Assembly: GCA_937872895.1 (NCBI GenBank)
Contig: CALMUP010000022.1
Coordinates: 82,874 to 146,873 of the forward strand
Length of the DNA stretch: 64,000 nt
Source of the DNA: an uncultured Verrucomicrobiota bacterium
GTDB lineage: Bacteria; Verrucomicrobiota; Kiritimatiellia; CAIVKH01
Direction of reading: 5' to 3'
The notes under the pieces were generated by a model. The model saw only the letters and a list, made by a program, of their open reading frames with translations, was not told the origin of the DNA and searched no databases. Shown here piece after piece: positions 43,602 to 52,271 of this stretch. The first letter of the stretch is position 1. Every line of letters begins with the position of its first letter. The position numbers were made by a program, and so were the translations under genes.

Positions 43602-46600
43602 CTACGGCGCGAGCCGCACGCGCGAGCGGTAGAGCCGGGCCGGCAGATCGTTCGATCCGGGCAGGAGCAGCCACTGGCCGTTCCCCGGCTGGTTGGATAC
43701 CACGATGCTCCACACCTCGTCGGTGAGGTTGTTGGCCTCGATGTCGTAGGTGCGTCCCGGCGATGACCAGACGGTGACGGCATCGACCGACATGCCTTCG
43801 ATCTCGAAGACCGAGTTGGCGTCGGTCGGGATCGTCCCGGCCACGTACTCGTCGAGGTTGGACAAGCCATCGCCGTCCGCATCCTGCCACGCCATGCTGA
43901 ACGCCGCGACCGAACCGGTCGGCTGGCTGAAATGGTCCTGCATCCACCAGTCCGGCGTACCGTCTGCATCGGTGTCCTGGTAGGCCGAGGTGACGAGGAA
44001 ACTTTCGTAAGGCGCATACAGGCCCAAGCCATCGGCGAGATCGACGGCGTTGGTCTCGACCCGGATGGTGTAGCGGGTCTGGGGTAGCAACCCGGCCGGC
44101 CCGGTCGGGGTGAAGGTCAACTGGGTCCGGTCGGCCGACCACGCGAGGGTGCCGCTCGCCGCGGGTTGCAGGTGGAAAGCGTTCTGCACGGCATTCGTAT
44201 CCATCGGCTTGCTGAAGGTCAGCACGAGGGAGCCGGTCGGCGAAACCGACGCGGTGCCGTGTCCGGGCGCCTGTCGCCGCACCACCGGATCGAGCGGCCG
44301 CCACTGCGTGCGCGCCACGAAGATCTTGTGCGACGTTCCCTGCACGGTGACCGGCGGGGTGGTCGTCGAGACCACGACGATGATCTCGTTGGTGTTGTAG
44401 AGGTTCACCAGTTCGGTCCCGGCCGGATAGATCGTGTTGCGGTTGGTCAACGTCTGCGCCGATCCGGCGGTGTTCAGCACGACGAGGACCTCCTGGGTGG
44501 TCGACAGCATCCGGCGCGAATAGGCAAACAGGCCTGGACCGCTGTTGTTGTTCCAGCGGTTGACATGTTCGCCGGTGCGCAGGGCAGGGTACAGGCGGCG
44601 GAAGTTGTTCAGGCGCGCGACCTGCAGGTATTCGCCCTTGGTCATGTCGAAGTTGTCACCGAGCGACGGCCCTTGCTCGTACTCGCCATCGAACATGTCC
44701 TCGCGGTTGGCCGGATCGTCCCCGCCGTTGAAGTTCTGCTCCGTGCCGTAGTAGAGGTTGGGAATGCCGCGCGCGGTGTAGAGGAATGACAGGGCGAGCT
44801 GCAGCCGGTTGGTGTTGCCGTTGGCCCCGCTGGCGTGCATGAACCGGCGCACATCGTGGTTGTCGAGGAAGTTGACCAGCCGCATCCAGGAGTCGGGGTG
44901 GTAGTTGGCGGGAATCGCGTTGTAGTGGTCCTCGATCTGTTTTGTGTTGCCGGTGGCGGTGGCGAACACGCTGCCGATCTTCCCGTAGAGGGGGAAATTG
45001 AGCACGGTGTCGTTCGCGTAGCCGCCGCCGGCCTGGGTGCCGGTGAAACGTCCGTTGCCCGCCTCGGTGGTATCGAACATCTCGCCGAACTGGATGAAGT
45101 TGGTCTTGCCCATGGCGGTGGCGAAGGCGCGGATCTCGGAGTTGAAGAAGGGCCAGAAGTCGATCTCCACATGCTTGACCGTGTCGAGGCGGAAGCCGTC
45201 GAGGTCGGCCAGCTCGATCCAGTACTTGAAGATCTCCACGAGGTTGGTGCGCACCCGCAGCGATTCGGTCTTGAGGTCGTCGAGCCCGTTCAACTCGCCC
45301 AGCACCACCTGGGTGGGATCGCTGTAGTTGCTGACGTGGCCGAAATGATGGTAGTCGTCGAGCGTATTGAACGGGGGTGGATAGGTCGTGCCGTCCGTCC
45401 AGCGCGGGGTGTACCCGGCGGCGTTGTAGGCGGGAAACCCGGCATCGGTGCTGTCGATCCGGCGGCCCTGGTGGTTGCAGACGATGTCGAGCAGGACGTA
45501 GATGCCGCGCGCGTGGGCGGCTGCCACCATGCTGCGCAGGTCGTCGATGGTGCCGAGGTTGGGCGCCAGTTCGTAGAAGTCGTGGGCGTTGTAGCCGTGG
45601 TAGGCGGCATTGCCGACGTTGAGGTGGATGGGTTTGATCCAGATGGCATTCGCCCCGAGCGCCTTGATGTAGTCCAGCTTCTGTTCGATGCCCTTGAAGT
45701 CGCCGCCGTGGATGCGGTTGCCCGCCGAGGGAACCACGTCCGCGCCGGGATGCGCGCTGTTGTTGGCAGGATCGCCGTCGAAAAAGCGATCGGTGAAGAT
45801 CTGGTAGATGTTGATGTCGCGCCAGTCCGCGGGCGAGGGGAATCCGGCCGACGGGGTGTGCCGGACCGCATAGCGGTAGGGTTGGGCGCGGGCTACTGAT
45901 TCCTCGTCGGTCTTCTGGGGCAACCCGTCCTCGGCATACAGGTAGGTCGGCAGGAAGTCGGTGTAGTTGATGCGGAGGTAGTACTCCACGGTATCGCCGG
46001 GATTGAAGAGGCCGGCAGGGATCACCCCGGAGAAGTACTTGTTGTTGCCCGCTTCGCTGTGGAAGGCCATGGCCGCCGTGGACCAGACCGTGCTGGTGGC
46101 GTGCTTGTAGTAGATGGTGCTGCCGGACACCGTCTGGTTGCCGGCGCTGCCGGAGCCCTGGAACTGGTTCCCGCTGAACAGGGTCACCGCAGTGTTGGAG
46201 TAGATCGCGGCGAACGGCGACCGCATCGCGTACTGGCCGGCCGGTTCGTCCTCGCCGGGAATGTGCCAGGCATTGCCGGTGCGCGGGCGGAAGTTCGCGT
46301 TGGTGGCGATGACGATACGGTCGATCCGCGCTCCATCCTCACGGATCCACAACTGGAACAGGTTGGTACCGGCCGCGGTGACGTTCAGGGTGGCGACCAC
46401 CCCGTCGCTGACCCGGTTGGTCCAGACCCATTGGTTGTACACCGTCCAGTTTATTCCGGCGGTCGAATTGGTCTGGCCGTTCAGGCCCCAGTGAACCGAG
46501 TCGCTGGCGCCGTCCACGCCATAGCCACGGACCCAGACGTAATGGGTGGTGGCCTGGTTGAACACCACGGGAAAGCGCAATTCCGGACTGGTGACCGCCC

Positions 46601-48902
46601 AGTTGGTGAAGGCCAGGTTGGTGTCAGGCCATGCATGCATGAACCCGTCACCGTTGAAGCCGGTGATATCGTTGGTGAAAACCCATGCGTGGTCGCTGCG
46701 TGGCGAAAGATTTTCGGCAAACCATTCCGCTTCGATCACCGCCACACTGCCGATGAGTGGGATGGCGGCAACGGCGGGTGCCGATCCGGCGATGAACGAC
46801 CGCTCGTTGCCGTAGGCCGTCCCGGTGCTATTGATCGCGTAAGCGCGCACATGGGTGACGGCGCCGGAGGTGAGGCCGGAGAGGGTGGCGGAGAAGGCGC
46901 CGAGGCCTGCGCCGGAGGCGATGCGGTTGTGGTTTGTGGTCGGACCCGGCCCGAGGCTCCACACCAGGCCGCGTTCGGTCACCGGGTCGCCGCCGTCATC
47001 CGTGACCTCGCCACCCCCGTTGGCCACGGTATTGGAAATCCCGATGATCGGAGCCGTGGTCACCACGGGGAGGGAGGGCGCGCCGGGTTCGCCGGTTGGC
47101 GCTTCACGGCTGAAGATCTGCAGGCTGTAGCGGCCCATGTTCACCCGGGCCTCGCCGTTGGAAACAACCAGAAGCGACGCGCCCACGTCCCCGAAGTCGG
47201 CCTGGTAATTCGTGGCATCGCTGTTGTAGTGCCGGTACCAGGTCCCGTTGGCCGGGAAACCGATGGCATAAGTCCCGTTGGTCCAGGCGACATTGGCGAA
47301 GTTCGCGATCACCACCACGTCGTCGGTCTGTCCGCCGACATCCCAGCGGATGAAGCCGATGACCTTGTTGTTGTTGTCCACGTGGTGGACGTTGATGCCG
47401 GTGCCCTTGAGGCCCTTGGTGCCACCGCGCAGGTCGCGGCGCAGGTGGATCAGGTCGGTGTAGGCGCGCACGATCCCGGCGAAGGTGTTGGTGCGGTTCC
47501 AGCGCAGCGGGACATTGTCGTGGAAAGCCTGGGTCTCGAGCATTTCCTGGCCCTGGAAGATCATGGGGATGGCAGGGGCGGTCATGACCAGCCCGGCGGC
47601 GAGTAGTGAACGTTTGCGGGCGAAGATGCTCTCCGGGTTGCCGATGTCGATTTCCGAGGGGAGGCGGCTGCGGCCGTGGTTCGATGCGATGTAGTCGTGC
47701 GCCTCGGAAAACAGGACGCGGTTGTGGCTCGCCCAGTCGCGCAGCAGGTTGCGCACGGTGAACATGTTGCGGTTGGCATCGGAGGCGGTCGTCACCTGCC
47801 CGTGTAGCGACCAGCGCGAAGCGACATCCCACTGACCCTGGAAATTCATGCTGTAGTCGAAGGCATTGTCCTCCGCGATGCGGTGCACATGGGGATGGTT
47901 CTGGAGCAGTTCCCAGTTGATGTCGCGCAGAAGGTGTTCGCCGGTCTGGTTGTGGCCCTGGTCGGAATTGATGATGTAGTAGGGGGCGTCCCAGCGGAAA
48001 CCGCCGATCCGGTATTCCTGCACGAACATCATGATCTGGTCGCGGATGAAGCTGCGGACTTCGGCGCGGCCGTAGTCGGGCCGGGTGCCCCCCCACGGGG
48101 TATTCGCTCGGGTATCGTTGTAGAAATAGATGCCGCCGTAGGTGCCCTGGTACCAGCCGTCGAAGCGCCACATCGAGAGGTCGGTCGGGCCGTAGTGGTT
48201 GTGGACCACATCCACGAACACCGCCATGCCGCGTTCATGGCAGGCGCGCACGAACCGCTTGAAGGCGTCCGGTCCGCCGTAGCTGCTTTCAATGGCGAAC
48301 AGGTCGGCCGGATTGTAGCCCCAGCTCTGGCTGCCGGCGAACTCGTTCACCGGCATCACCTTGATCGCATTCACGCCGAGGCTGGCCACGTGGTCGAGCA
48401 GGTTCGTCGCGTGGTCGAAGGTGCGCGGGGTGGGGGAACCGGCGAAGGTGCCGACGTGCATCTGGTAGATCACGGTATCCTTGCGGGCCGGTTTCGGGTG
48501 GGGGGTGGTGCCCCAATCGAAGGCCAGCGCATCGTACACATAGGAGACGCCGTTGGTGCCGGAGTTGGAAACCCGGCGGGCGCGGGGGTCGCGTTTGTTG
48601 GTGGTGCCGTTCAGGTAATAGCGGTAGGCATGGCCGGCGGAGGCGGCGGGAACATCCACCGACCAACGTCCTCCGCCTTCGTTGATCAGTGCGGTTTCGG
48701 TCCATCCATTGAAATCGCCGCGCACGGCCACGTTGGTTGCGAAGGGAGCCCAGACGCGGAACGTCACGCCGGTGCCAAGTGCATCAGCATACGGGATCGA
48801 ACCCAAGCCTGGCCGTGCCGATTGGCCAAATCCGGCCGGACCGACCAGGCCCAATCCGAGCATCCATCCCAAAACCCCAACCACCGTCGCCGTTCGTTTC
48901 AT
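43602..48902 (-). CDS. Giant secreted multidomain glycoside hydrolase with two GH13 (alpha-amylase family) catalytic domains
   Basis: Signal peptide MKRTATVVGVLGWMLGLGLVGPAGFG and a CBM48-like VTFRVWAPFATNVAVRGDFNGW. GH13 domain 1 has regions DVVHNH / GFRWDA / IAED / FSEAHD; GH13 domain 2 has DIVCNH / GFRLDTVKH / FGEMFD / FLDNHD. Ig-like and CBM-like modules are present. C-terminal Ca-repeat-like motifs are DTDADGTPDWW and DADGDGLSNLDEY. Confidence 0.85.
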   Translation of the reverse strand: MKRTATVVGVLGWMLGLGLVGPAGFGQSARPGLGSIPYADALGTGVTFRVWAPFATNVAVRGDFNGWTETALINEGGGRWSVDVPAASAGHAYRYYLNGTTNKRDPRARRVSNSGTNGVSYVYDALAFDWGTTPHPKPARKDTVIYQMHVGTFAGSPTPRTFDHATNLLDHVASLGVNAIKVMPVNEFAGSQSWGYNPADLFAIESSYGGPDAFKRFVRACHERGMAVFVDVVHNHYGPTDLSMWRFDGWYQGTYGGIYFYNDTRANTPWGGTRPDYGRAEVRSFIRDQIMMFVQEYRIGGFRWDAPYYIINSDQGHNQTGEHLLRDINWELLQNHPHVHRIAEDNAFDYSMNFQGQWDVASRWSLHGQVTTASDANRNMFTVRNLLRDWASHNRVLFSEAHDYIASNHGRSRLPSEIDIGNPESIFARKRSLLAAGLVMTAPAIPMIFQGQEMLETQAFHDNVPLRWNRTNTFAGIVRAYTDLIHLRRDLRGGTKGLKGTGINVHHVDNNNKVIGFIRWDVGGQTDDVVVIANFANVAWTNGTYAIGFPANGTWYRHYNSDATNYQADFGDVGASLLVVSNGEARVNMGRYSLQIFSREAPTGEPGAPSLPVVTTAPIIGISNTVANGGGEVTDDGGDPVTERGLVWSLGPGPTTNHNRIASGAGLGAFSATLSGLTSGAVTHVRAYAINSTGTAYGNERSFIAGSAPAVAAIPLIGSVAVIEAEWFAENLSPRSDHAWVFTNDITGFNGDGFMHAWPDTNLAFTNWAVTSPELRFPVVFNQATTHYVWVRGYGVDGASDSVHWGLNGQTNSTAGINWTVYNQWVWTNRVSDGVVATLNVTAAGTNLFQLWIREDGARIDRIVIATNANFRPRTGNAWHIPGEDEPAGQYAMRSPFAAIYSNTAVTLFSGNQFQGSGSAGNQTVSGSTIYYKHATSTVWSTAAMAFHSEAGNNKYFSGVIPAGLFNPGDTVEYYLRINYTDFLPTYLYAEDGLPQKTDEESVARAQPYRYAVRHTPSAGFPSPADWRDINIYQIFTDRFFDGDPANNSAHPGADVVPSAGNRIHGGDFKGIEQKLDYIKALGANAIWIKPIHLNVGNAAYHGYNAHDFYELAPNLGTIDDLRSMVAAAHARGIYVLLDIVCNHQGRRIDSTDAGFPAYNAAGYTPRWTDGTTYPPPFNTLDDYHHFGHVSNYSDPTQVVLGELNGLDDLKTESLRVRTNLVEIFKYWIELADLDGFRLDTVKHVEIDFWPFFNSEIRAFATAMGKTNFIQFGEMFDTTEAGNGRFTGTQAGGGYANDTVLNFPLYGKIGSVFATATGNTKQIEDHYNAIPANYHPDSWMRLVNFLDNHDVRRFMHASGANGNTNRLQLALSFLYTARGIPNLYYGTEQNFNGGDDPANREDMFDGEYEQGPSLGDNFDMTKGEYLQVARLNNFRRLYPALRTGEHVNRWNNNSGPGLFAYSRRMLSTTQEVLVVLNTAGSAQTLTNRNTIYPAGTELVNLYNTNEIIVVVSTTTPPVTVQGTSHKIFVARTQWRPLDPVVRRQAPGHGTASVSPTGSLVLTFSKPMDTNAVQNAFHLQPAASGTLAWSADRTQLTFTPTGPAGLLPQTRYTIRVETNAVDLADGLGLYAPYESFLVTSAYQDTDADGTPDWWMQDHFSQPTGSVAAFSMAWQDADGDGLSNLDEYVAGTIPTDANSVFEIEGMSVDAVTVWSSPGRTYDIEANNLTDEVWSIVVSNQPGNGQWLLLPGSNDLPARLYRSRVRLAP

Positions 48903-49026
48903 GCACCACCCCTTCGATCGCATCAGGTAACAATACCCCGAAGCGGCTCCGGACCTGTAGGGAAATAATCGGTCATGCACATGACAATTCCGGCCATGGG
49001 TGTGACGGGTGACAGAACGGCGGACT

Positions 49027-49530
49027 GAACAGAAGAGAACGAAGGACACGAAGGAGGGATGAGGAGCCTTCCATCTGTAGTTCCGGCGATGTTCGCCGGA
49101 AATTGAACATGCGCGGACGAATGATATGGGAAATCGGAACCGCAGAGGACGCAGAAACCGCAGATGGGAAAGGGGAACCGCGGATTACGCGGAGAGCGCG
49201 GATGGGAAAACGAGGATTGAACAGAAGATCGCGAAGGACACGAAGGAGGGATGAGGAGCCTTCCATCTGTAGTTCCGGCGATGTTCGCCGGAAATTGAAC
49301 ATGCGCGGACGAATGATATGGGAAATCGGAACCGCAGAGGACGCAGAAACCGCAGATGGGAAAGGGGAACCGCGGATTACGCGGAGAGCGCGGATGGGAA
49401 AACGAGGATTGAACAGAAGATCGCGAAGGACACGAAGGAGGGATGAGGAGCCTTCCATCTGTAGTTCCGGCAATGTTCGCCGGAAATTGAACATGCACGG
49501 ACGAATGATATGGGAAATCGGAACCGCAGA
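49027..49530. repeat. Tandem repeat, 192-bp unit, ~2.6 near-identical copies
   Basis: Unit starts (gaacagaag…) are at 49027, 49219 and 49411. Copies 1 and 2 differ only in ~6 nt near the start. Copy 3 carries 2 substitutions and is truncated after aaccgcaga. Each unit carries the hairpin ttccggcga-tgt-tcgccggaa. Confidence 0.9.
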
Positions 49531-49548
49531 TTACGGGCATGTGGTCTG

Positions 49549-49779
49549 TCAATTTGTTCGTGTAATCAGGGTGATTATTTCTTCCTCGAAGGCGGCGATA
49601 GAGGCGTAGCCCATCGCCACGATGGTGGCCTTGCCGATTTCGGTGGCGATTTTATGGATCTTCACCCGGAGCGTTTCGGGAACCTCGGTCATCGGCGTAA
49701 ATACGCCTTTGAGTAGGTACCAGATGCTCACCACCAGCTTGCGGGCGAGGGCGGCTACGGCGATGTTGGCTCCCTTAGT
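49549..49779 (-). pseudogene. C-terminal remnant of an IS110-family-like transposase (5'-truncated)
   Basis: The open frame of 76 codons reads TKGANIAVAALARKLVVSIWYLLKGVFTP…. The ARKL-x-x-I/V-W-x-x-L segment resembles the last conserved helix of IS110/IS1111 transposases. There is no start codon or catalytic domain. The frame is cut exactly at the edge of the repeat at 49778. Confidence 0.35.
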
Positions 49780-49903
49780 TTAACCGCAGAGTTCGCGGAG
49801 GGCGCAGACGGTGGCTGTGATGGGGTTGATGGAGGCCGGCGTTCTGGGGGTGACTTTTTCGCTCTGCGGATTCAGCGCAATCTGCGGTTCATTCCTTCCG
49901 GCA
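49778..49903. repeat. MITE-like ~126-bp element, copy 1 (imperfect terminal inverted repeats built on AACCGCAGA)
   Basis: 5' end gtttAACCGCAGAgttcGCggagggCGCAGA. The reverse complement of the 3' end is atgAACCGCAGAttgcGCtgaatcCGCAGA. Confidence 0.7.
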
Positions 49904-49910
49904 GTTTATC

Positions 49911-49940
49911 CACGAATGGACACGAAATAACACGAATATG
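49911..49940. repeat. Three exactly 10-bp-phased CACGAA decamers (cacgaatgga cacgaaataa cacgaatatg)
   Basis: Read directly. An inverted partial copy (attcgtggttttcgt) lies at about 50211-50225. Related cgaagga-cacgaagga occurs in each 192-bp unit. Confidence 0.7.
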
Positions 49941-49991
49941 GCAGGTGCGTTGGTGATGGGGCGTTGCTTTGCTTTGAGTATTGATTCAGAA

Positions 49992-50118
49992 GTTTAACCG
50001 CAGAATTCGCAGAGGGCGCAGAGGGTGGCTGTGATGGGGTTGATGGAGGCTGGGGTTCTCGGGGGTGAATTTTTCGCTCTGCGTATTCTGCGCAATCTGC
50101 GGTTCATTTATTCCGGCA
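49992..50118. repeat. MITE-like element, copy 2 (~90% identical to copy 1)
   Basis: gtttaaccgcagaattcgcagagggcgcagagggtggctgtgatggggttgatggagg…tctgcgcaatctgcggttcatttattccggca aligns along its full length with 49778-49903. Confidence 0.7.
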
Positions 50119-50119
50119 T

Positions 50120-50153
50120 GTTTAACCGCAGAGTCCGCGGAGGGCGCAGAGGG
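50120..50153. repeat. MITE-like element, partial copy 3 (5' arm only), abutting copy 2
   Basis: gtttaaccgcagagtccgcggagggcgcagaggg. Confidence 0.6.
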
Positions 50154-50282
50154 GGAAGGCGTTTCCCTTCGTTGGGATTAAACCATCAGCAACATCCGAC
50201 ATTGGTGTACATTCGTGGTTTTCGTTTGATGGAGGTTGGGCGTGGACGGGAGTGTCCAGGGAGTGGAAGGGGTGAACGGGTG

Positions 50283-50303
50283 GTTGTCCAGGGAATGGAC
50301 AAC
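50283..50303 (-). terminator. Stem-loop (8-bp stem gttgtcca/tggacaac, 5-nt loop) ~24 nt downstream of the DUF2203 gene stop. Possible terminator without a U-tract.
   Basis: The inverted repeat was read directly. A similar tggac-N6-gtcca lies at ~50242-50257. Confidence 0.2.
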
Positions 50304-50326
50304 GGCGAGCGGAGGGCCGGGGCGGC

Positions 50327-50698
50327 TCAACCGGAGGGCAGGGCGCGGCGGTTTTCGGGTGTCTCGTCGGCGAAGTAGAAGTGGCGCACGGCGGGTTCGT
50401 CGCTGCGCCAACTCAGTTGGGCGGCGCGGCCTTCGACTTCGGCGGGGAAATCCACGATGCCGGTCTTGAAGTCCCAATCGCGGTAGCTGCACCCGAGGTC
50501 CTCGAGTTCCTTGATGAACTGCTTCAGGGAGGCGATGTGCACCTCGAGGCGGGCGGCGTGGTCGCCGGTCATGGTCTCGCGCGCCATGGTCTTCATGATG
50601 TTGCCGGCCTGGATGATGTCGGCCACGATGCGGCGCACGAGCGGAAGCATGCGGGTCGCCTCGTCGGCGGTGAACAGTTTGACAGTGCTGATCGACAT
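50327..50698 (-). CDS. DUF2203-family protein
   Basis: KLFTADEATRMLPLVRRIV…, ELEDLGCSYRDWDFKTGIVDFPAEVEGRAAQLSWRSDEP match the DUF2203 pattern as I recall it. Confidence 0.7.
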   Translation of the reverse strand: MSISTVKLFTADEATRMLPLVRRIVADIIQAGNIMKTMARETMTGDHAARLEVHIASLKQFIKELEDLGCSYRDWDFKTGIVDFPAEVEGRAAQLSWRSDEPAVRHFYFADETPENRRALPSG

Positions 50699-50766
50699 GG
50701 GGGAAACCTAACCGTTCGCCAACGAAATGGCAATGGATGCTTTGCCGATCGTATGATTCCGGTTTC

Positions 50767-50795
50767 TTGACGTTGGTGGAGGGGGTCCGTACACT
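50767..50795 (+). promoter_or_regulatory. Sigma-70-like promoter candidate for lysS (TTGACG-17 nt-TACACT)
   Basis: ttgacg is at 50767-50772, the spacer is 17 nt, and tacact is at 50790-50795. It lies 30 nt upstream of the lysS ATG. Confidence 0.35.
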
Positions 50796-50824
50796 GGAAC
50801 CCTTTACCGCATGGATGGAATATT

Positions 50825-52267
50825 ATGGAACCTGGAGCACACGAAGACGAATTCCGCAAGCAGCGCCTGGCCAACCTGGAGGCGTTGAAAGCCCGTGGGA
50901 TTGAACCGTTTGGGAAGGCGTTCGCCCGCGATGGCCGGATTGCCGAGATCCGGGCGGGTTTTGCCGAGGGCAAGGCGGTGCGTCTGGCCGGGCGGTTGAT
51001 GACCATCCGCGAGATGGGCAAGAGCATCTTCGCCGACCTGAACGACGGGTCGGACCGGTTCCAGATCTATGTGAAGAAGAACGACCTGGGCGAGGAGGTC
51101 TTTGCCGCGTTCAAGTTGCTCGACATCGGCGACGTGATCGGCATCGAGGGAACGCTGTTCACCACGAAGATGGGCGAGCCGACGGTGCAAGTCACGTCGT
51201 GGACGCTGCTGTCGAAGTCGCTGCTGCCGCTGCCGGAGAAGTGGCACGGGTTGCAGGATGTGGACACGCGGTTCCGCAAGCGGTACCTCGACCTGATCAG
51301 CAATCCCGAGGTGCGCAAGGTGTTCGACCAGCGGGTGGCCATCGTCCGCGAGATCCGGGCCTGCCTGCACGACCGCGGTTTCCAGGAGGTGGAGACGCCG
51401 ATGATGCAGCCGATGGCGGGTGGTGCGGCGGCGAACCCGTTCAAGACCTTCTACGAGGCGCTCGATTGCAGCATGTTCCTGCGCATCGCACCGGAGTTGT
51501 ACCTCAAGCGGTTGCTGGTGGGCGGGTTCGACAAGGTGTTCGAGCTGAACCGCAACTTCCGCAACGAGGGGTTGAGCCGCTACCACAATCCCGAGTTCAC
51601 CATGCTCGAGGTGTACCAGGCGTTTGGCGATGTCCGCACGATGATGGAGATCGTCCAGGAGATGATCATCCGGTCCGCCGAGAAGGTCATGGGCACGTTG
51701 AAGGTGGGCACGGCGGAGATGCCGATCGACCTGGCGTTGCCGTGGTGCGAGGTGACCTACCATGACCTGGTGCGCCAGGCGATCGGGGCCGACTGGTTCG
51801 AGCTCGGCCTCGAGCAGGCCAGGGCGCGCGCCCACGAGCACCACCTGCACATCGATCCGGCCTGGGGGCTGGTCGAGCTGACCCAGGAGGTCTTCGAGAA
51901 GATGGTCGAGAAGACGTTGATCAACCCGACCTTCGTCACGCGGTTGCCGGCGGCGCTGGTGCCGTTGGCCAAGCCATGCCCGGATGACCCGTCGCTGGTG
52001 GACGTCTTCGAGCTGGTGATCGGCGGACGGGAGATCGCGCCGGGGTACAGCGAGCTGAACGATCCGCTGATCCAGCGGGCGCGGTTCATGGAGCAGGCGG
52101 GCGGGGACCTGTCGAAGATCGACGAGGATTTCCTCACCGCGCTCGAGCACGGCATGCCGCCGGCCGGTGGCATGGGCGTGGGCATCGACCGCCTGGTCAT
52201 GATGATCACCGGGGCCGAATCGATCCGCGACGTCATCCTGTTCCCCCAACTCAAGTTGCGAAGCTGA
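50825..52267 (+). CDS. lysS: Lysine--tRNA ligase (class II)
   Basis: N-terminal OB domain, class II motifs (FRNEG, …[12 protein letters not shown]…). Confidence 0.95.
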   Translation: MEPGAHEDEFRKQRLANLEALKARGIEPFGKAFARDGRIAEIRAGFAEGKAVRLAGRLMTIREMGKSIFADLNDGSDRFQIYVKKNDLGEEVFAAFKLLDIGDVIGIEGTLFTTKMGEPTVQVTSWTLLSKSLLPLPEKWHGLQDVDTRFRKRYLDLISNPEVRKVFDQRVAIVREIRACLHDRGFQEVETPMMQPMAGGAAANPFKTFYEALDCSMFLRIAPELYLKRLLVGGFDKVFELNRNFRNEGLSRYHNPEFTMLEVYQAFGDVRTMMEIVQEMIIRSAEKVMGTLKVGTAEMPIDLALPWCEVTYHDLVRQAIGADWFELGLEQARARAHEHHLHIDPAWGLVELTQEVFEKMVEKTLINPTFVTRLPAALVPLAKPCPDDPSLVDVFELVIGGREIAPGYSELNDPLIQRARFMEQAGGDLSKIDEDFLTALEHGMPPAGGMGVGIDRLVMMITGAESIRDVILFPQLKLRS

Positions 52268-52271
52268 CCCG

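Noticed and set aside
42490-44304. Upstream 600 codons of the 795-aa minus-strand ORF 41917..44304
   Set aside because: Only the last 190 codons (from ATG 42489) look like an ECF sigma factor. The rest runs antisense to trxB and out of frame across the 3' end of the GH13 gene.
44835-48968. Plus-strand ORFs 44835..45899, 46059..47606 and 47883..48968
   Set aside because: All are antisense shadows inside the GH13 gene. They are Gly/Val/Asp/His-rich with no family signal.
49027-49530. Tandem array as a CRISPR locus
   Set aside because: The units are contiguous 192-bp direct repeats with no unique spacers, and no cas genes are nearby.
48923-49609. ORFs 48923..49552(-), 48973..49494(-) and 49103..49609(+) as repeat-containing proteins
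   Set aside because: They are open only because the 192-bp unit is a multiple of 3 and stop-free in several frames at once. There is no start context, no signal and no family resemblance, and the amylase start/signal peptide at 48902 is convincing on its own.
48903-50326. Hidden structured ncRNA (SRP RNA, tmRNA, RNase P, 6S) in the long intergenic region
   Set aside because: I did not find the conserved cores of these RNAs by eye. The region is fully accounted for by repeats and the IS remnant. A covariance-model scan would be needed to be sure.
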